Positions 10,826 through 21,492 of a stretch of 64,000 nt of DNA are shown piece after piece. The position numbers and the translations under genes are program-made. Origin of the DNA: Paenibacillus allorhizosphaerae (lineage in GTDB: Bacteria > Bacillota > Bacilli > Paenibacillales > NBRC-103111); NCBI RefSeq assembly GCF_910594985.1, contig NZ_CAJVCE010000016.1:97726-161725 (forward strand), in the 5' to 3' direction. The first letter of the stretch is position 1, and each line of letters begins with the position of its first letter. The notes under the pieces were generated by a model. That model was not told the origin of the DNA. It searched no databases and saw only the letters and a program-made list of their open reading frames with translations.

Positions 10826-11920
10826 TTAGCAGTTCGTTACATCTAGGTCTACGTAATCGCTAACATCTCGCTCCTTCTTTAGTTGTCGACTCAAATAATT
10901 CTCCTTAGTGATCTTGGTCGATGAGTGATCAACCGTTTCAGAAATCCAATCCATGGGAGCTCCATTCGCGTATGCGGTTTGTGCAAAATAATGCCGCATA
11001 AAATGCGGTGTGACTCGATGGCCGTGAATCGTTGTAAGACCGGCCGCCGCCATGTGCTTCGATAGGTAAGTGGATAGACTCGATAAACTATAGCGCAGGC
11101 CCATGCGATTAGGGTAGAATGGTGTATTGTCTTCACTATTCAACTCTGAGCTGAGACCGACCCGTTTGCGATATTCGATTAAAACGGTAAGAGCGTATTC
11201 CTTAATATGCACATGCCTGATCTTATCCCGCTTCGTCCGGGTAATAAGGTAATGCTTCTTCTGGCGCCGGTCGAAATATAAGTCACCCCAACGAGGTTTT
11301 ATCACTTCGTTTAAGCGCATTCCGGAGGTCCCCAAAATTAAAATGAGGGATTGTACCTTCGGATTGTCGCGATAATGCTCAATGGCCAGTTTCAGATCCG
11401 ATTCTTCGATATCCCGCTCCGGAATCTCCTCTTTGATTTTCTTTACCGGCCGCAGGCCGCGTCCAACGTTCTTTTTAAGATACCCTTCCTCAAAGCACCA
11501 TTCCAGGAATGAGTGTATAATGACGATCTTTTTCGCCTGCGTATTGGATTTTGAATATTGCTGCTCCAGATGGGTCTGAAACATCTCCATGTCGAAGCGA
11601 GACAGTTCCCTGATGTCGTTCTTACAAATCGTCTCCACGTACTGCAGAAAGGAGAGCAGCGCCCTTAAGTAATCTTCCTTCGTTTTGTCCTTCCTCTTTT
11701 TCTCACGGTTGTGCACGTAAAGGTACACCATCCCTAAATTCGAAACCTGGGAGTAGTCATAGTTGCCTTCTTCATCCTCCCGCGCAGACACTATTTCTCG
11801 AACGTTAAAGTAGTGATTACTGTTCATCAACACATGAACAAGTTGAATGTCGCTTAAATCATTTATTATAAAGGATGATGAAAATATAGATGATTGTTCT
11901 ATCATTAAAATTCCACTCAA
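10826..11920 (-). CDS. int: Tyrosine recombinase / phage-type integrase.
   Basis: 364-aa ORF with C-terminal catalytic residues in the pattern R...HGHRVTPHFMRHYFAQTAY, ending in the nucleophile Y context. An N-terminal SAM-like domain is present. It is followed by a very AT-rich spacer. Confidence 0.85.
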   Translation of the reverse strand: MSGILMIEQSSIFSSSFIINDLSDIQLVHVLMNSNHYFNVREIVSAREDEEGNYDYSQVSNLGMVYLYVHNREKKRKDKTKEDYLRALLSFLQYVETICKNDIRELSRFDMEMFQTHLEQQYSKSNTQAKKIVIIHSFLEWCFEEGYLKKNVGRGLRPVKKIKEEIPERDIEESDLKLAIEHYRDNPKVQSLILILGTSGMRLNEVIKPRWGDLYFDRRQKKHYLITRTKRDKIRHVHIKEYALTVLIEYRKRVGLSSELNSEDNTPFYPNRMGLRYSLSSLSTYLSKHMAAAGLTTIHGHRVTPHFMRHYFAQTAYANGAPMDWISETVDHSSTKITKENYLSRQLKKERDVSDYVDLDVTNC

Positions 11921-12241
11921 AAGTTATCACTACCTTAATCTACTTTATTATTTCTATTGTACCAAATATAACAGTTGAAGGAACGAATAATCTGAAAATA
12001 TTGTAGAATTAGATTTCAATCAAAAATAATCTTATATTCTTTTAGTTCTATCATAATTATTTCATTCGCTACTTATATAATAATTATTTTATTAATTTAT
12101 GTTGATTATATATCTTAGGTTTTGTGTTTAGTTTTACTTATTTTTATATCTACATGAATTACTAGACTGTGATAAAATGGTATAAATAATAATTCTATTT
12201 AACTGGACCGTTAATAAGATTAGGGGACGAGGACAAAAATT
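11921..12241. other. Very AT-rich spacer (about 20% GC) between the integrase and the excisionase-like gene; candidate att and promoter region.
   Basis: 321 bp without ORFs, made of long A/T runs. It lies between the divergent int (-) and HTH (+) genes. Confidence 0.4.
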
Positions 12242-13207
12242 ATGAGCACATATATCAATATTTCTGAGGCGGCTAAGGAAATCGGGATTACACCGACATC
12301 CCTCTATAAGATTGTCAACCACGAAAACCCAACGAAAAGATTGGAACCGGTGAACAGATCAACGCATCGCGGAGACGGGGGGTACCGCTTTCGTCTTTCC
12401 GATGTTCAGGCGTTTAAGACAAGCTATGTCAAAAAAGATTTGACCTCGATGGAAGCTGCGCAGCGGATCGGCAGGTCCACGACTTACATACATAAGCTAA
12501 TCCGCGACGGACTGATTGAATATTACGAAGAAGAATACCGCGGGAAGAAGACGTACTTTATCAAGGAAGAGGATCTGGAACATTATATCAATGAAAACCC
12601 GGATGCCGGCAAAGTGGAAACGATATATGACAAGCGAAATGGTTTATTCTTATTCCAGCCATTTGTCAAAAATGGCTCCCTGGCCCGTATCGTCGAGTTG
12701 AAGCGGGTGAATAACCGCAAGATTGACGCGCGGCTTAAAACGAGCGACGATCAGTTGCTGACGTATGAGGAAGCTTTGGAACATGGATGGTTACCGCTTC
12801 TAACTATTACCGAACGGAAGCCGATCACTGGCTATGGCTATGCCCGCTTCGAATTTCCAACACAACAAGCACCGAATTCTGTTATCTATATGGTCATTGA
12901 AGAATTGTTTAAGCAAGCAGGTCCGGCAAACATGAAAATCACTCGTGAGGGGCGCATCATTACCGTAGAGGTGCGAAAGACTGTCCTTCTTGGAGTTATG
13001 CCAACAACGCATCCGGATCTGATAGACAAGCTGAAGCTCTTCCTGAAGTCCGGTGAGATTATTCCAAAATATGACGGTACTCTTATCGATACAGGTTTGT
13101 TTCCAGTCACTATATTCTTGTCTAAATCTCAGAAGGAAGCCCTCAACCGGAAGGCGGAGGAAGAAAATATGTCTCTGCAGGAGTGGATCGAGGAGCGCCT
13201 ACTGTAA
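12242..13207 (+). CDS. Tandem HTH (excisionase/MerR-like) DNA-binding protein.
   Basis: Two HTH_17/Xis-like segments are present (EAAKEIGITPTSLYKIV and EAAQRIGRSTTYIHKLIRDG). There is a good RBS. It is divergent from int. Confidence 0.55.
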   Translation: MSTYINISEAAKEIGITPTSLYKIVNHENPTKRLEPVNRSTHRGDGGYRFRLSDVQAFKTSYVKKDLTSMEAAQRIGRSTTYIHKLIRDGLIEYYEEEYRGKKTYFIKEEDLEHYINENPDAGKVETIYDKRNGLFLFQPFVKNGSLARIVELKRVNNRKIDARLKTSDDQLLTYEEALEHGWLPLLTITERKPITGYGYARFEFPTQQAPNSVIYMVIEELFKQAGPANMKITREGRIITVEVRKTVLLGVMPTTHPDLIDKLKLFLKSGEIIPKYDGTLIDTGLFPVTIFLSKSQKEALNRKAEEENMSLQEWIEERLL

Positions 13208-13223
13208 TATAGTGGACACTTCG

Positions 13224-13586
13224 ATGATCAAGGAAGAAAGGATGTATTGCTTCATGGAAGAAGATGAAATTGCAGACAAAAGCGAGCGTGCTCGTGCCGT
13301 ATTATCTAAAGGTATTCGGAAAAAGAGATTTCGCCGGCTGCGGTCATGGGAAGTCAAAAACCGATATCTGCTTGGATTGCTGTTTGCAGAAGATCTTAAA
13401 ATATCCGACTTCGCTGAGCAGCTAGGCGCCTCCCACCGCGCCGTTAATGCGTGGATTTATGAAGGAGTACTTCCAGGAAGAGAGCGACGCAAGAAAGCTG
13501 CCGACATCCTACGATGCCCGGAAGAAGTACTTTTCATGGAGCCAATGTCTGAATACAGAAAGATAGGCAAGAAAATACCCGACTAA
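13224..13586 (+). CDS. Small HTH regulator (XRE-like).
   Basis: The first in-frame ATG of the ORF lies after the stop of the upstream gene. An HTH segment (ISDFAEQLGASHRAVNAWIYEG) is present. Confidence 0.4.
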   Translation: MIKEERMYCFMEEDEIADKSERARAVLSKGIRKKRFRRLRSWEVKNRYLLGLLFAEDLKISDFAEQLGASHRAVNAWIYEGVLPGRERRKKAADILRCPEEVLFMEPMSEYRKIGKKIPD

Positions 13587-13876
13587 TCGGGATCGATCTA
13601 AACAAATCCTTTGATCTGTCCTATAAAAGGGCTTGTGTGGGGAACGGATTGCATCGAAGATTCGAGATGGCGGATTCCCCCCTTGATTGTTCCGTATTTC
13701 TAGGCTACGCTATCCTTGCCGTGCAAAATCTCGGGTACAGTGAGGACTAAACCACGCAGGTCGTCTGGGCGATCTACAGCCTGTTCGATTGGAAGAGTCG
13801 TAGAAGAAGCGCGGAAGGTTATTTGAACAGTCCACCATACTGAGCAAAATCTTTCACCTGCACAGGAGAGGAAAAG

Positions 13877-14515
13877 ATGAATAAGAATATCAGCCGTAAT
13901 GATCCGTGCCCTTGTGGCAGCGGAAAGAAGTATAAGAACTGTCACCTCAATGCTACCGACACACCGACATGGCGAGATATCGCCCAAGGCATTGCGTTTA
14001 ACCACCCTAATAGCGATGAGATCATGCAGACGTTCTGCGCTATGATGGATGATTTTCGGGTACGTCCAATTGCTGGCGGTTGCCATCTGCTTTCGGGGAT
14101 CTTGCATGTGCTGCTGAAGGAGCAGGGTATCGACTCTGATCTCTGTATTGGTGAAGTCCGCCACCCCAGCGGTGCCGCTTTTGATCATTCCTGGGTGGAG
14201 ATCGCAGGGAAAGCATTCGACGTGGCCATTCAACAAACTGATAACGGAGAGCGCCATGCTGCGGTGTTTGCGGGCATAGATTTAGATACAGGGAAGCCTT
14301 CAAAGTTTAATTATCGGCATAAATCTAAAGGTCTTGATTTTATTGGCAGAAATGCGCTCGAAACCCCGCTTGCCGCTTATATGAACGGAGCTCCTCGACA
14401 GTTTGGGAAATGGGGTGGCATCGAGTCTATTGCAAAGCGAATCGGACTCTCTGTGAATATAAACACTCTGCAAATGAAATACCAAGGCGTACAGCGGCGA
14501 TTCGTTCAGCCGTAA
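13877..14515 (+). CDS. SEC-C motif domain protein.
   Basis: N-terminal [13 protein letters not shown] zinc-binding SEC-C motif. A GGAGAGG RBS is present. It is followed by a strong terminator at 14652-14688. Confidence 0.55.
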   Translation: MNKNISRNDPCPCGSGKKYKNCHLNATDTPTWRDIAQGIAFNHPNSDEIMQTFCAMMDDFRVRPIAGGCHLLSGILHVLLKEQGIDSDLCIGEVRHPSGAAFDHSWVEIAGKAFDVAIQQTDNGERHAAVFAGIDLDTGKPSKFNYRHKSKGLDFIGRNALETPLAAYMNGAPRQFGKWGGIESIAKRIGLSVNINTLQMKYQGVQRRFVQP

Positions 14516-14651
14516 ATCAACCCAGTAATACAAATAGATCACCTAGCTAGACAGAGTAATCACGCGCTTCCAGCAAATTCAGCGGCATAAAGAGGAGTGG
14601 AGAGAGGTGATTAGCGCATTCTCGATAAGTTGAACGAATGGAACTAAGCCA

Positions 14652-14688
14652 AAGGTTGACCCATCGGATGGGGCCAACCTTTTTTTTG
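14652..14688 (+). terminator. Rho-independent terminator after the SEC-C gene.
   Basis: GGTTGACCCATCggatGGGGCCAACC followed by eight T residues. Confidence 0.7.
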
Positions 14689-14817
14689 TATATGGCGTGC
14701 CCAGCTAAGCACGCATCTTCTAGCCGGAGAAAGTCCTTCTTGTGAGCTCGAAATAATCTAGCAGATACTCATTTATGGTACAATAGAGATAGAGAATTTG
14801 CGGAAAGAGGCATTGGC

Positions 14818-16302
14818 ATGTTAAACCCTTACACCAAAGCGATAGATGAAATGAATTATTTACATACGCAGAACACGTCGAGGTATCGACCGATCCTGCG
14901 CTTTTTTTATGAACAACACGGGCGTCGCACCCAGCTCAAAGCGGAGGACATTTTTGAGCATTTACAGCAGTTTCAGGATTTCGAGGACTATACGATTGCG
15001 GAGCTCCGGCAGGACCTCACCGTCCTCGAGAGCCTAGGAAACATCACCTCTCGCCAAGAGACTAACGATTATTACACGATCGAAGAGGTTAAAGCCAAGC
15101 GCTTTAAATATCAGGCAACCCACTATACGATTCAAATTGAGCGTTTTCTGGAGTCGCTGGAAACCAGCCAAGCGGACTTTGGCGGAGGCTCACTCGATAA
15201 AAATTTGTTTGACCGGATCGCCGATGCGCTGGAGTCGCTGTACAGCATTCGGGTCGATACCCCGCCCGAAGAGGTGTTTCGACGGTGGGAGGATGTTATG
15301 GAATATTTCCGCAGGCTCGACCGGAAGTCAAGCGACTACTTAGCCCACATTTCTTCTTTCCAAGCCGAAGACGAGATGATGACCGAGGCGTTTTTAGTCC
15401 GACGACAGGAGCTCATCACCTACCTACGGGATTTTGTGCGGGTGCTGCAGGTCAAGCTTTCACCGATTCAGCATCTGCTGGAACACAAGTTTAATGACGA
15501 ATGGGTAGGGGAAATTATAGATCGCGTCATTGCTTACCAGATTTCCATTTTCCGCTTCGGAGACCGGCTATCGCCGGAAGCGACCAAAAAGCGGCTAAAC
15601 GAAGAATGGGGACTGCTGACCCTATGGTTTCAGGGCGAAGAAAGCGAAGCCAGTAACATCATGAAACAAACGGGCGAAATCATCCGGAAAATGCTTTGGT
15701 TTTCAGCGCGGCTGATTGAAAGCAAAAGCACTCTGCGCAGCCGGAAACAGGAATTTCTCGACCTCGCCAAGCATTTCAGCCGGATGGAAAGCGACATTGA
15801 AGCCCACCGGCTTGCTTCCGTGGTGATCGGCGTGCCGTATACCCGGCACCTCAGCTGCGATGAGTACGACACCTCGGGACGCATCGAGAGCTTTTGGGAT
15901 ATGGGCAACGACCCGATTCCGCTCGGGTCCCGCCGCCCCGGTGCGCGAACCAAAGGGAAAACAAGCGCCATCGCCGATAATGCGAAGAAAAAGAAAGAAC
16001 TGCTGGAAGCTTTCTTTAAAGAGCAGGAGGCGCTCAAACAAGATTTCCAGCGTCTCATTCAAAACGGCAAAATTGAATTGGACTCGCTCCCCGAGATTAC
16101 CCGGGCGCAGCGTCAAAAATTGCTACAGCTCTTAGATCGGTGCATGCTAGCGGGCGACCGCAGCGCCAGGACCGAATGGGGGCACATTTTTATTTGGTCG
16201 CCGAAAACAGGGAGAACCCGGGTTCGCTGCGCCGACGGGGAACTGGATATGCCAAACGGAGAGTTTATCTTACAGCAGCGCAGCAGAGGAGTTGCCGAAT
16301 GA
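14818..16302 (+). CDS. jetA: Wadjet JetA (MukF-like kleisin, DUF3375).
   Basis: 494-aa first gene of a four-gene operon whose order and sizes match JetABCD. Its stop overlaps the jetB start (ATGA). There is an extended -10 promoter (TGgTACAAT) upstream. Confidence 0.75.
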   Translation: MLNPYTKAIDEMNYLHTQNTSRYRPILRFFYEQHGRRTQLKAEDIFEHLQQFQDFEDYTIAELRQDLTVLESLGNITSRQETNDYYTIEEVKAKRFKYQATHYTIQIERFLESLETSQADFGGGSLDKNLFDRIADALESLYSIRVDTPPEEVFRRWEDVMEYFRRLDRKSSDYLAHISSFQAEDEMMTEAFLVRRQELITYLRDFVRVLQVKLSPIQHLLEHKFNDEWVGEIIDRVIAYQISIFRFGDRLSPEATKKRLNEEWGLLTLWFQGEESEASNIMKQTGEIIRKMLWFSARLIESKSTLRSRKQEFLDLAKHFSRMESDIEAHRLASVVIGVPYTRHLSCDEYDTSGRIESFWDMGNDPIPLGSRRPGARTKGKTSAIADNAKKKKELLEAFFKEQEALKQDFQRLIQNGKIELDSLPEITRAQRQKLLQLLDRCMLAGDRSARTEWGHIFIWSPKTGRTRVRCADGELDMPNGEFILQQRSRGVAE

Positions 16303-17444
16303 ACACAGAGGAATTAAGGCAGGCATCCAACCTTCTTTTGGAGCAGTACTGGATTCTCCAGGAAGAGCAGCCAAAAGATTTTGAACTCGTTCGTACCCAT
16401 GAGTCGTTATTGAGAACATGGTTTCGCGAAAGATTAGGGTACGATCTCATCGTTCACCGTAAAATCTTTGCCCGTTTAGAAAAAATTCCGGCAAGAGGAA
16501 GCGACAACATGGCACTGGATCCTGATGTGTTTAAAACACCCATGGATTACACGGTGCTGTTTGCGCTGTTGTCCTTCTTGGAATCGCGCTACGATTTGAC
16601 GTTTCTCATCAGCGAATTTCTTGAGGAACTGCGGATCATCATTGGGGAAGAAGACCATCTCTTTTTGGAAAAACACCGCAACCGCCTGAGCATCATCCGG
16701 GTGTTTAAATATGCCATCAAAACGGGGATCTTGATCAACCGGGATGGGGACATCGATACGTTTGAGAAAGAAGTACTGTTTAAAGTCCCGTCCGTTGCCC
16801 GGTATTTTCTTCGTCCGTTTCCGTGTGAAGTTCAGGAGGGGCTGGAAAACCCGTCGTTATGGGCGCACCTTCCCGAAGAGGACATCAAGCAACGCGTGTA
16901 CCGCCTGCTGCTGCTGGAGCCTGCGCTACTCTTCTCGGAGATGGCACCGGAGGAAGTGCAGTATGTGAAAAGGAATGCGTCATTCATTGCGAAGGATATC
17001 TTGGAATATACGCCGTTTCGTTTTGAGCTCTATGCCGAAGGCGCTATGCTGATCCGCAGCGATCCGGAAGGAAGCATGGCACGGGATTATCCGTCAGATT
17101 CGTCGCTTTCGGATGTGGCGCTGCATCTGGCGGAACGCCTTAAGGAGTATTATTTGGATCACTCCCTGCATCCGGATCACGCCGGCTTGGTGATGATGAG
17201 TACGCTGGAGTGGCGACGCCACCTGCTGAACCTAAAGAAAGAGTACGGCACGTATTGGAAAAAGGAATACGCTGTGGATTTGACCGACAACAAACTCGTC
17301 GAAGAGATTACAAAATACCTGGAAAGCTGGAACATGGTGCAGCGACCAGATGCGCATTCGGTGCGCCTCTCTCCTACCATCGTGAGAGTAACAGGCAAGA
17401 TCGTGGATAAAGGGGAGCCAAAGAATGAACTGGAGACCGACTAG
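16299..17444 (+). CDS. jetB: Wadjet JetB (MukE-like, DUF4194).
   Basis: About 381 aa from the ATG at 16299 (MNTEELRQ...). It overlaps jetA by 4 bp and jetC by 20 bp. It is an acidic helical protein typical of MukE-like subunits. Confidence 0.75.
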   Translation: MNTEELRQASNLLLEQYWILQEEQPKDFELVRTHESLLRTWFRERLGYDLIVHRKIFARLEKIPARGSDNMALDPDVFKTPMDYTVLFALLSFLESRYDLTFLISEFLEELRIIIGEEDHLFLEKHRNRLSIIRVFKYAIKTGILINRDGDIDTFEKEVLFKVPSVARYFLRPFPCEVQEGLENPSLWAHLPEEDIKQRVYRLLLLEPALLFSEMAPEEVQYVKRNASFIAKDILEYTPFRFELYAEGAMLIRSDPEGSMARDYPSDSSLSDVALHLAERLKEYYLDHSLHPDHAGLVMMSTLEWRRHLLNLKKEYGTYWKKEYAVDLTDNKLVEEITKYLESWNMVQRPDAHSVRLSPTIVRVTGKIVDKGEPKNELETD

Positions 17445-20400
17445 AGCGGCGTTAATTGATTTTTGGGTGTTTGACTACGAAGAATTTCATTTTCGCGACG
17501 GCAAAATGTTGCTACGCGGCGGCAATGGTGTCGGCAAGTCGATTACGATGCAAACCTTGCTCCCGGTGATGCTGGATGGTGATATTTCGAGCAAACGTCT
17601 GGATCCGTTTGGCACCCGCGACAAGCATATGGATTATTACGTGCTGTTCGAAAGCAAGATGGAGGAGCGGACCGAACGAAACAGCTATGTACTGTTGGAA
17701 TTCGAAAAGCCGGGACAAAACCGGTATATCACGCTCGGTATGGGACTCAACGGAAAAATCGGCAGAAAAAACGGGCTCGATGTTTGGTATTTCATCGTCA
17801 AAGATAACCGGAGATACCGCATCGATTTTGATGTGATTCGCCCGCGGATTGCACTCGATGGCGGCGAAGAAAGGGTCACGTACCCGAAAGGGGACCTGCG
17901 CAACAAAGTACTGAATACCGGTACCTATCACACAGATAAAAAAGAGGAATACGCGAAAGAAGTCAATAAACTGCTGTTTGAATTTCCCACCATGGACGTC
18001 TTTCAAAATTGGATCGAACTTCTGGTGCAGCTTCGCACGCCGAAACTTTCGAATGCCAAAGACATGAACTTTAAAGCGGTATACGACATCTTGAAAAAGT
18101 CGATGCCGGCACTCACCGATGACGATCTGCGGGTGCTGACGGAGTCCATCCAGCACATCGATAACATTCAAGACGATATTAAAAGCAGCCGGCAAACCGT
18201 GCAGTCGCTCGAGCGCATTGACGACGTGTATCGCGCGTATAATCGAGCTGTCGTGGGAGAAAAGTCAAAACAATATGTGGATGCAGTGAACCGCGAAAAC
18301 GACATTCGAAGAAGGCTTGCCAATGCAAAAGAAGAACTCGAGCGCATCCAAGAGAACAAGCGGCAAGTCGATGAGGTGGTGCTGGAGCTCACTACTGAGG
18401 AGCGGACGCTCAAGGCAGAGTTCGGAGGGTATAATAGGGAGCGTGGGGTAGTATCCATTTTGGAACAACTACAGCAGCTCTCGAGCGACCTGGATAGAAA
18501 AAAGATCAATCAAAAAGATAAAGAAAAGCAGTACAGCGACGAACTGAGCAAAAAGCGAAGTCAGATCGAGGCGCGGGATGCAGCGGAATCGACTCTAGGG
18601 GAAGAACTAGAAAGCCTGGAAGAGCGGTTCGAGAAGGTGACCGAACTGGCGGAACAAAGTGCTTATATGGATCACGAATATTATGCCGAACCGGAATCGC
18701 CGGATTTTAATGCATGGATCCAAAACGCGCAGTCTTATCTAGACATGCTTACCCGGGGGAAAGAAAAACTAGCAGATGTCAAGGAAAAAGAGCGCAGACT
18801 CCAAGAGCTTAAAGATGAGCGGGATGAGATTCAAAAAGAAGACGATCGGGTGAAAGAAGAAATACAGCACCTTCGTGAAGAGCTCATTTCACTGCAAGAG
18901 GATTATATGCAGGTGCTGTCGCAGTGGAGTCTGGAGCTTCAAGGTCTATCCTTAAACGAAGATGATAGCAAGCAGATGTATTCACTGGCTGCTGCCGTCA
19001 GTGAGGATGAGGACGGCTTCCATCCTTTGAAAGAGTGGATCACCCAAATGATCCGGCGTCAGGAAAAAGGTATCACCGAAAAGAAAATGGAGCTCCGGCA
19101 GCGGATGACCAACTGCGATAATTATCGGATCGAGCTCAGCAAAGAGCTGAGGAGATGGCAAAACCTGAAGGACCCTGAGCCGCAGCGTAAGGCAGGGGCG
19201 GATGCGTTCCGTGCTGCCTTGAAGGAAGCGGGAACGCCGCATGCACCGCTCTTCGCGCTGGTCGACTGGAAGGAACATGTAAGCCCCGAGCAGCGGATGG
19301 ATGTAGAGTCCGCCCTGAGTGCATCCGGGCTGCTGGATGCACTGGTGGCGCCAACTCTTGCCGGCGGGGAGATCCGTGAAGACCGGGTCCTGCAGGGCGC
19401 TGCACACGTAGCCGAAACAGGTACGCTGCTGGAATATGTTCAGATTGCGGATCATGGTCTTGCGATAAGCGATGAGGCGATTGCGAAGTGTCTTTCCGCC
19501 ATATCGGTGAGCGGCGAGAGGGACAGCCACACCGTGATCCTGTTAGGGAAGCGGTACCACACGGGAGCGCTTGTGGGCCACGCAGAACAGGCAGAAGCCA
19601 GTTACATCGGAAAAGTGGCGAGGGAGAAGATCCGCCAATCCAAGATCGAAACCCTGAGGGCGCAACTGAGTGAAGCGGATGAAGCCTACAAAGTGCTTCA
19701 ACAAGAGCAGCGTATGCTCAAAGAAAGAATGGATCGCCTTCAGGAAGAAGAGCGTCGCCTTCCGGTACCTACTGTCATCATGAGCCGGCTCAAGGACATC
19801 GGTCTCCTGCAGATTTCTCTGCAGTTCGTGGAAAAACAACTGGAGATCAATCAACAAAACCATAGCAAGGCATTTACAGCGCTCACGGAAACCCGAAAAG
19901 AGCTGAGTCAGATGCGGCTCAGTGTGAATACGATTGAGGCATGCAGGAAGGCGATCCAATTCCTCGGTGAGTATATGGATGAGGTGAGACAAATCCAACA
20001 CCGGATGAGTATTATTGAAAATAAGCGAGCCATCATCCTGAACTTGGAACTGAGAATCAAGGAAATCGAAGACTATATCGTCGACCTTCTAGGAGAAAAG
20101 AATGTTCTTGCTTCAGAAATTACGAAGCTTGAAGGGGAAAAGGTAGCCCTTCAGCTACAAGTCAATAAAATTGGCGGCGAACAGATTAAAGAGCGAATCA
20201 GCTCGATTATAACGAGGCTTGACCAGCTGCCGCAAGAGCTCAAAGAACAAAATGATATGTCGTATAAGTTGAAGTATCAATTGGAGCGCGCGGAGGAAAA
20301 GTTGCAAGAAGAAGAGGGAGAAAGTGTAAAGCGTATCGAATTAACCCAAGCGGCAGAGCGGATCCTGCGCGACGAACTGGCGCTACCGCTTCATGATCAG

Positions 20401-21480
20401 CCGGATACGGATATTTTCACCTATGCCAAGGCGGCAGCGGTCGGCACCATGGAGAGCAGCAGCCACGCCTACGATCACGTCACGAGTGTTTTAATGAATG
20501 AGCGGCTGTTAGATTACGTTTTTGAGTTTAAAACGCTGTTTGACAATACGAACGGACTGATCGCCGAGCGGCGGGTCATTGAAGCCGCAACAGGTCTCAA
20601 GCGGGTGAGTCCGGACGAGGCGCTGCGCGAGATTCGCGAAAAACTTGAGTCACTTGAGATGAATCTGGACGGGCAGGAGCAGAAGCTTTTCGAGGATATC
20701 ATCATCAATACTCTAGGGCTGACGATCCGCGAAAAAATCAAAAAGGCGAGGCGCTGGATTGATGGAATCAATGCGGTGATGAAGCGGCGAAAAGCGTCCA
20801 TCAGCTTCCGATTGGATTGGAAAGGGAAAAAGGCAGAAACGAGCGATGAGATTGACACGCTGGAGCTTGTGCAGCTGCTTACCGCCAGCAGCGAACTGAT
20901 GAAAGAAGAGGATTCAGAAAAGATCACCAAGCACTTCAGGACACAGATCAACCGGGCGCGGGAGTGGACGAGCGAAAACCCGACGAAGAAGCTGCAGGAC
21001 GCGCTGCGCGATGTGCTCGATTACCGGGAGTGGTTTGATTTCAAACTCGACTGCTATAAGGAAGGCAAATGGCATGAAGTGAACAGGACCTTTTTAAATA
21101 CCGCTTCCGGCGGTCAGCGGGCACTATCCGTGTATGTTCCGCTCTTTTCGGCGCTGCACGCTTGCTACGAAGGAGCGAACGAGGATGCGGCAAGGCTGGT
21201 GACGCTCGACGAGGCGTTTGCCGGGGTCGACGAGAAAAATATTGCGGATATGTTTGGACTTGCCGAGGAAATGGAATTTTCGTATATCCTTACCTCGCAA
21301 GTGCTGTGGGGGGACTACCCGACGGTGAAAAGCTTATCTGTTGCTCATATTATCAAACCGGAAACCGCGAACTTTGCAACCATCGCCCACTACAACTGGG
21401 ATGGCGTGGAGCTGGTGCGTCATGACGTCGAGGAAGAGGAGCATCGCGGGTTTGGTGAACAACTCGCTTTTGAGACTTAA
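17425..21480 (+). CDS. jetC: Wadjet JetC (MukB/SMC-like ATPase).
   Basis: 1351-aa ORF with N-terminal Walker A LLRGGNGVGKS. It has very long coiled-coil arms. The C-terminal ABC signature is LNTASGGQRALS and the Walker B is LVTLDEAFAGVDE. Confidence 0.9.
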   Translation: MNWRPTRAALIDFWVFDYEEFHFRDGKMLLRGGNGVGKSITMQTLLPVMLDGDISSKRLDPFGTRDKHMDYYVLFESKMEERTERNSYVLLEFEKPGQNRYITLGMGLNGKIGRKNGLDVWYFIVKDNRRYRIDFDVIRPRIALDGGEERVTYPKGDLRNKVLNTGTYHTDKKEEYAKEVNKLLFEFPTMDVFQNWIELLVQLRTPKLSNAKDMNFKAVYDILKKSMPALTDDDLRVLTESIQHIDNIQDDIKSSRQTVQSLERIDDVYRAYNRAVVGEKSKQYVDAVNRENDIRRRLANAKEELERIQENKRQVDEVVLELTTEERTLKAEFGGYNRERGVVSILEQLQQLSSDLDRKKINQKDKEKQYSDELSKKRSQIEARDAAESTLGEELESLEERFEKVTELAEQSAYMDHEYYAEPESPDFNAWIQNAQSYLDMLTRGKEKLADVKEKERRLQELKDERDEIQKEDDRVKEEIQHLREELISLQEDYMQVLSQWSLELQGLSLNEDDSKQMYSLAAAVSEDEDGFHPLKEWITQMIRRQEKGITEKKMELRQRMTNCDNYRIELSKELRRWQNLKDPEPQRKAGADAFRAALKEAGTPHAPLFALVDWKEHVSPEQRMDVESALSASGLLDALVAPTLAGGEIREDRVLQGAAHVAETGTLLEYVQIADHGLAISDEAIAKCLSAISVSGERDSHTVILLGKRYHTGALVGHAEQAEASYIGKVAREKIRQSKIETLRAQLSEADEAYKVLQQEQRMLKERMDRLQEEERRLPVPTVIMSRLKDIGLLQISLQFVEKQLEINQQNHSKAFTALTETRKELSQMRLSVNTIEACRKAIQFLGEYMDEVRQIQHRMSIIENKRAIILNLELRIKEIEDYIVDLLGEKNVLASEITKLEGEKVALQLQVNKIGGEQIKERISSIITRLDQLPQELKEQNDMSYKLKYQLERAEEKLQEEEGESVKRIELTQAAERILRDELALPLHDQPDTDIFTYAKAAAVGTMESSSHAYDHVTSVLMNERLLDYVFEFKTLFDNTNGLIAERRVIEAATGLKRVSPDEALREIREKLESLEMNLDGQEQKLFEDIIINTLGLTIREKIKKARRWIDGINAVMKRRKASISFRLDWKGKKAETSDEIDTLELVQLLTASSELMKEEDSEKITKHFRTQINRAREWTSENPTKKLQDALRDVLDYREWFDFKLDCYKEGKWHEVNRTFLNTASGGQRALSVYVPLFSALHACYEGANEDAARLVTLDEAFAGVDEKNIADMFGLAEEMEFSYILTSQVLWGDYPTVKSLSVAHIIKPETANFATIAHYNWDGVELVRHDVEEEEHRGFGEQLAFET

Positions 21481-21492
21481 CGGAGGAAGCTC

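Noticed and set aside
13700-14257. 185-aa minus-strand ORF overlapping the SEC-C protein gene.
   Set aside because: The plus-strand ORF has an RBS, a canonical SEC-C zinc motif and a terminator. The minus ORF has none of these.
17512-20001. Several long minus-strand ORFs (17512..18195, 18982..19530, 19543..20001) inside jetC.
   Set aside because: They are antisense to a well-supported 1351-aa SMC-like gene. Their translations are low-complexity or Arg/Pro-rich and they have no RBS. They are shadow ORFs.
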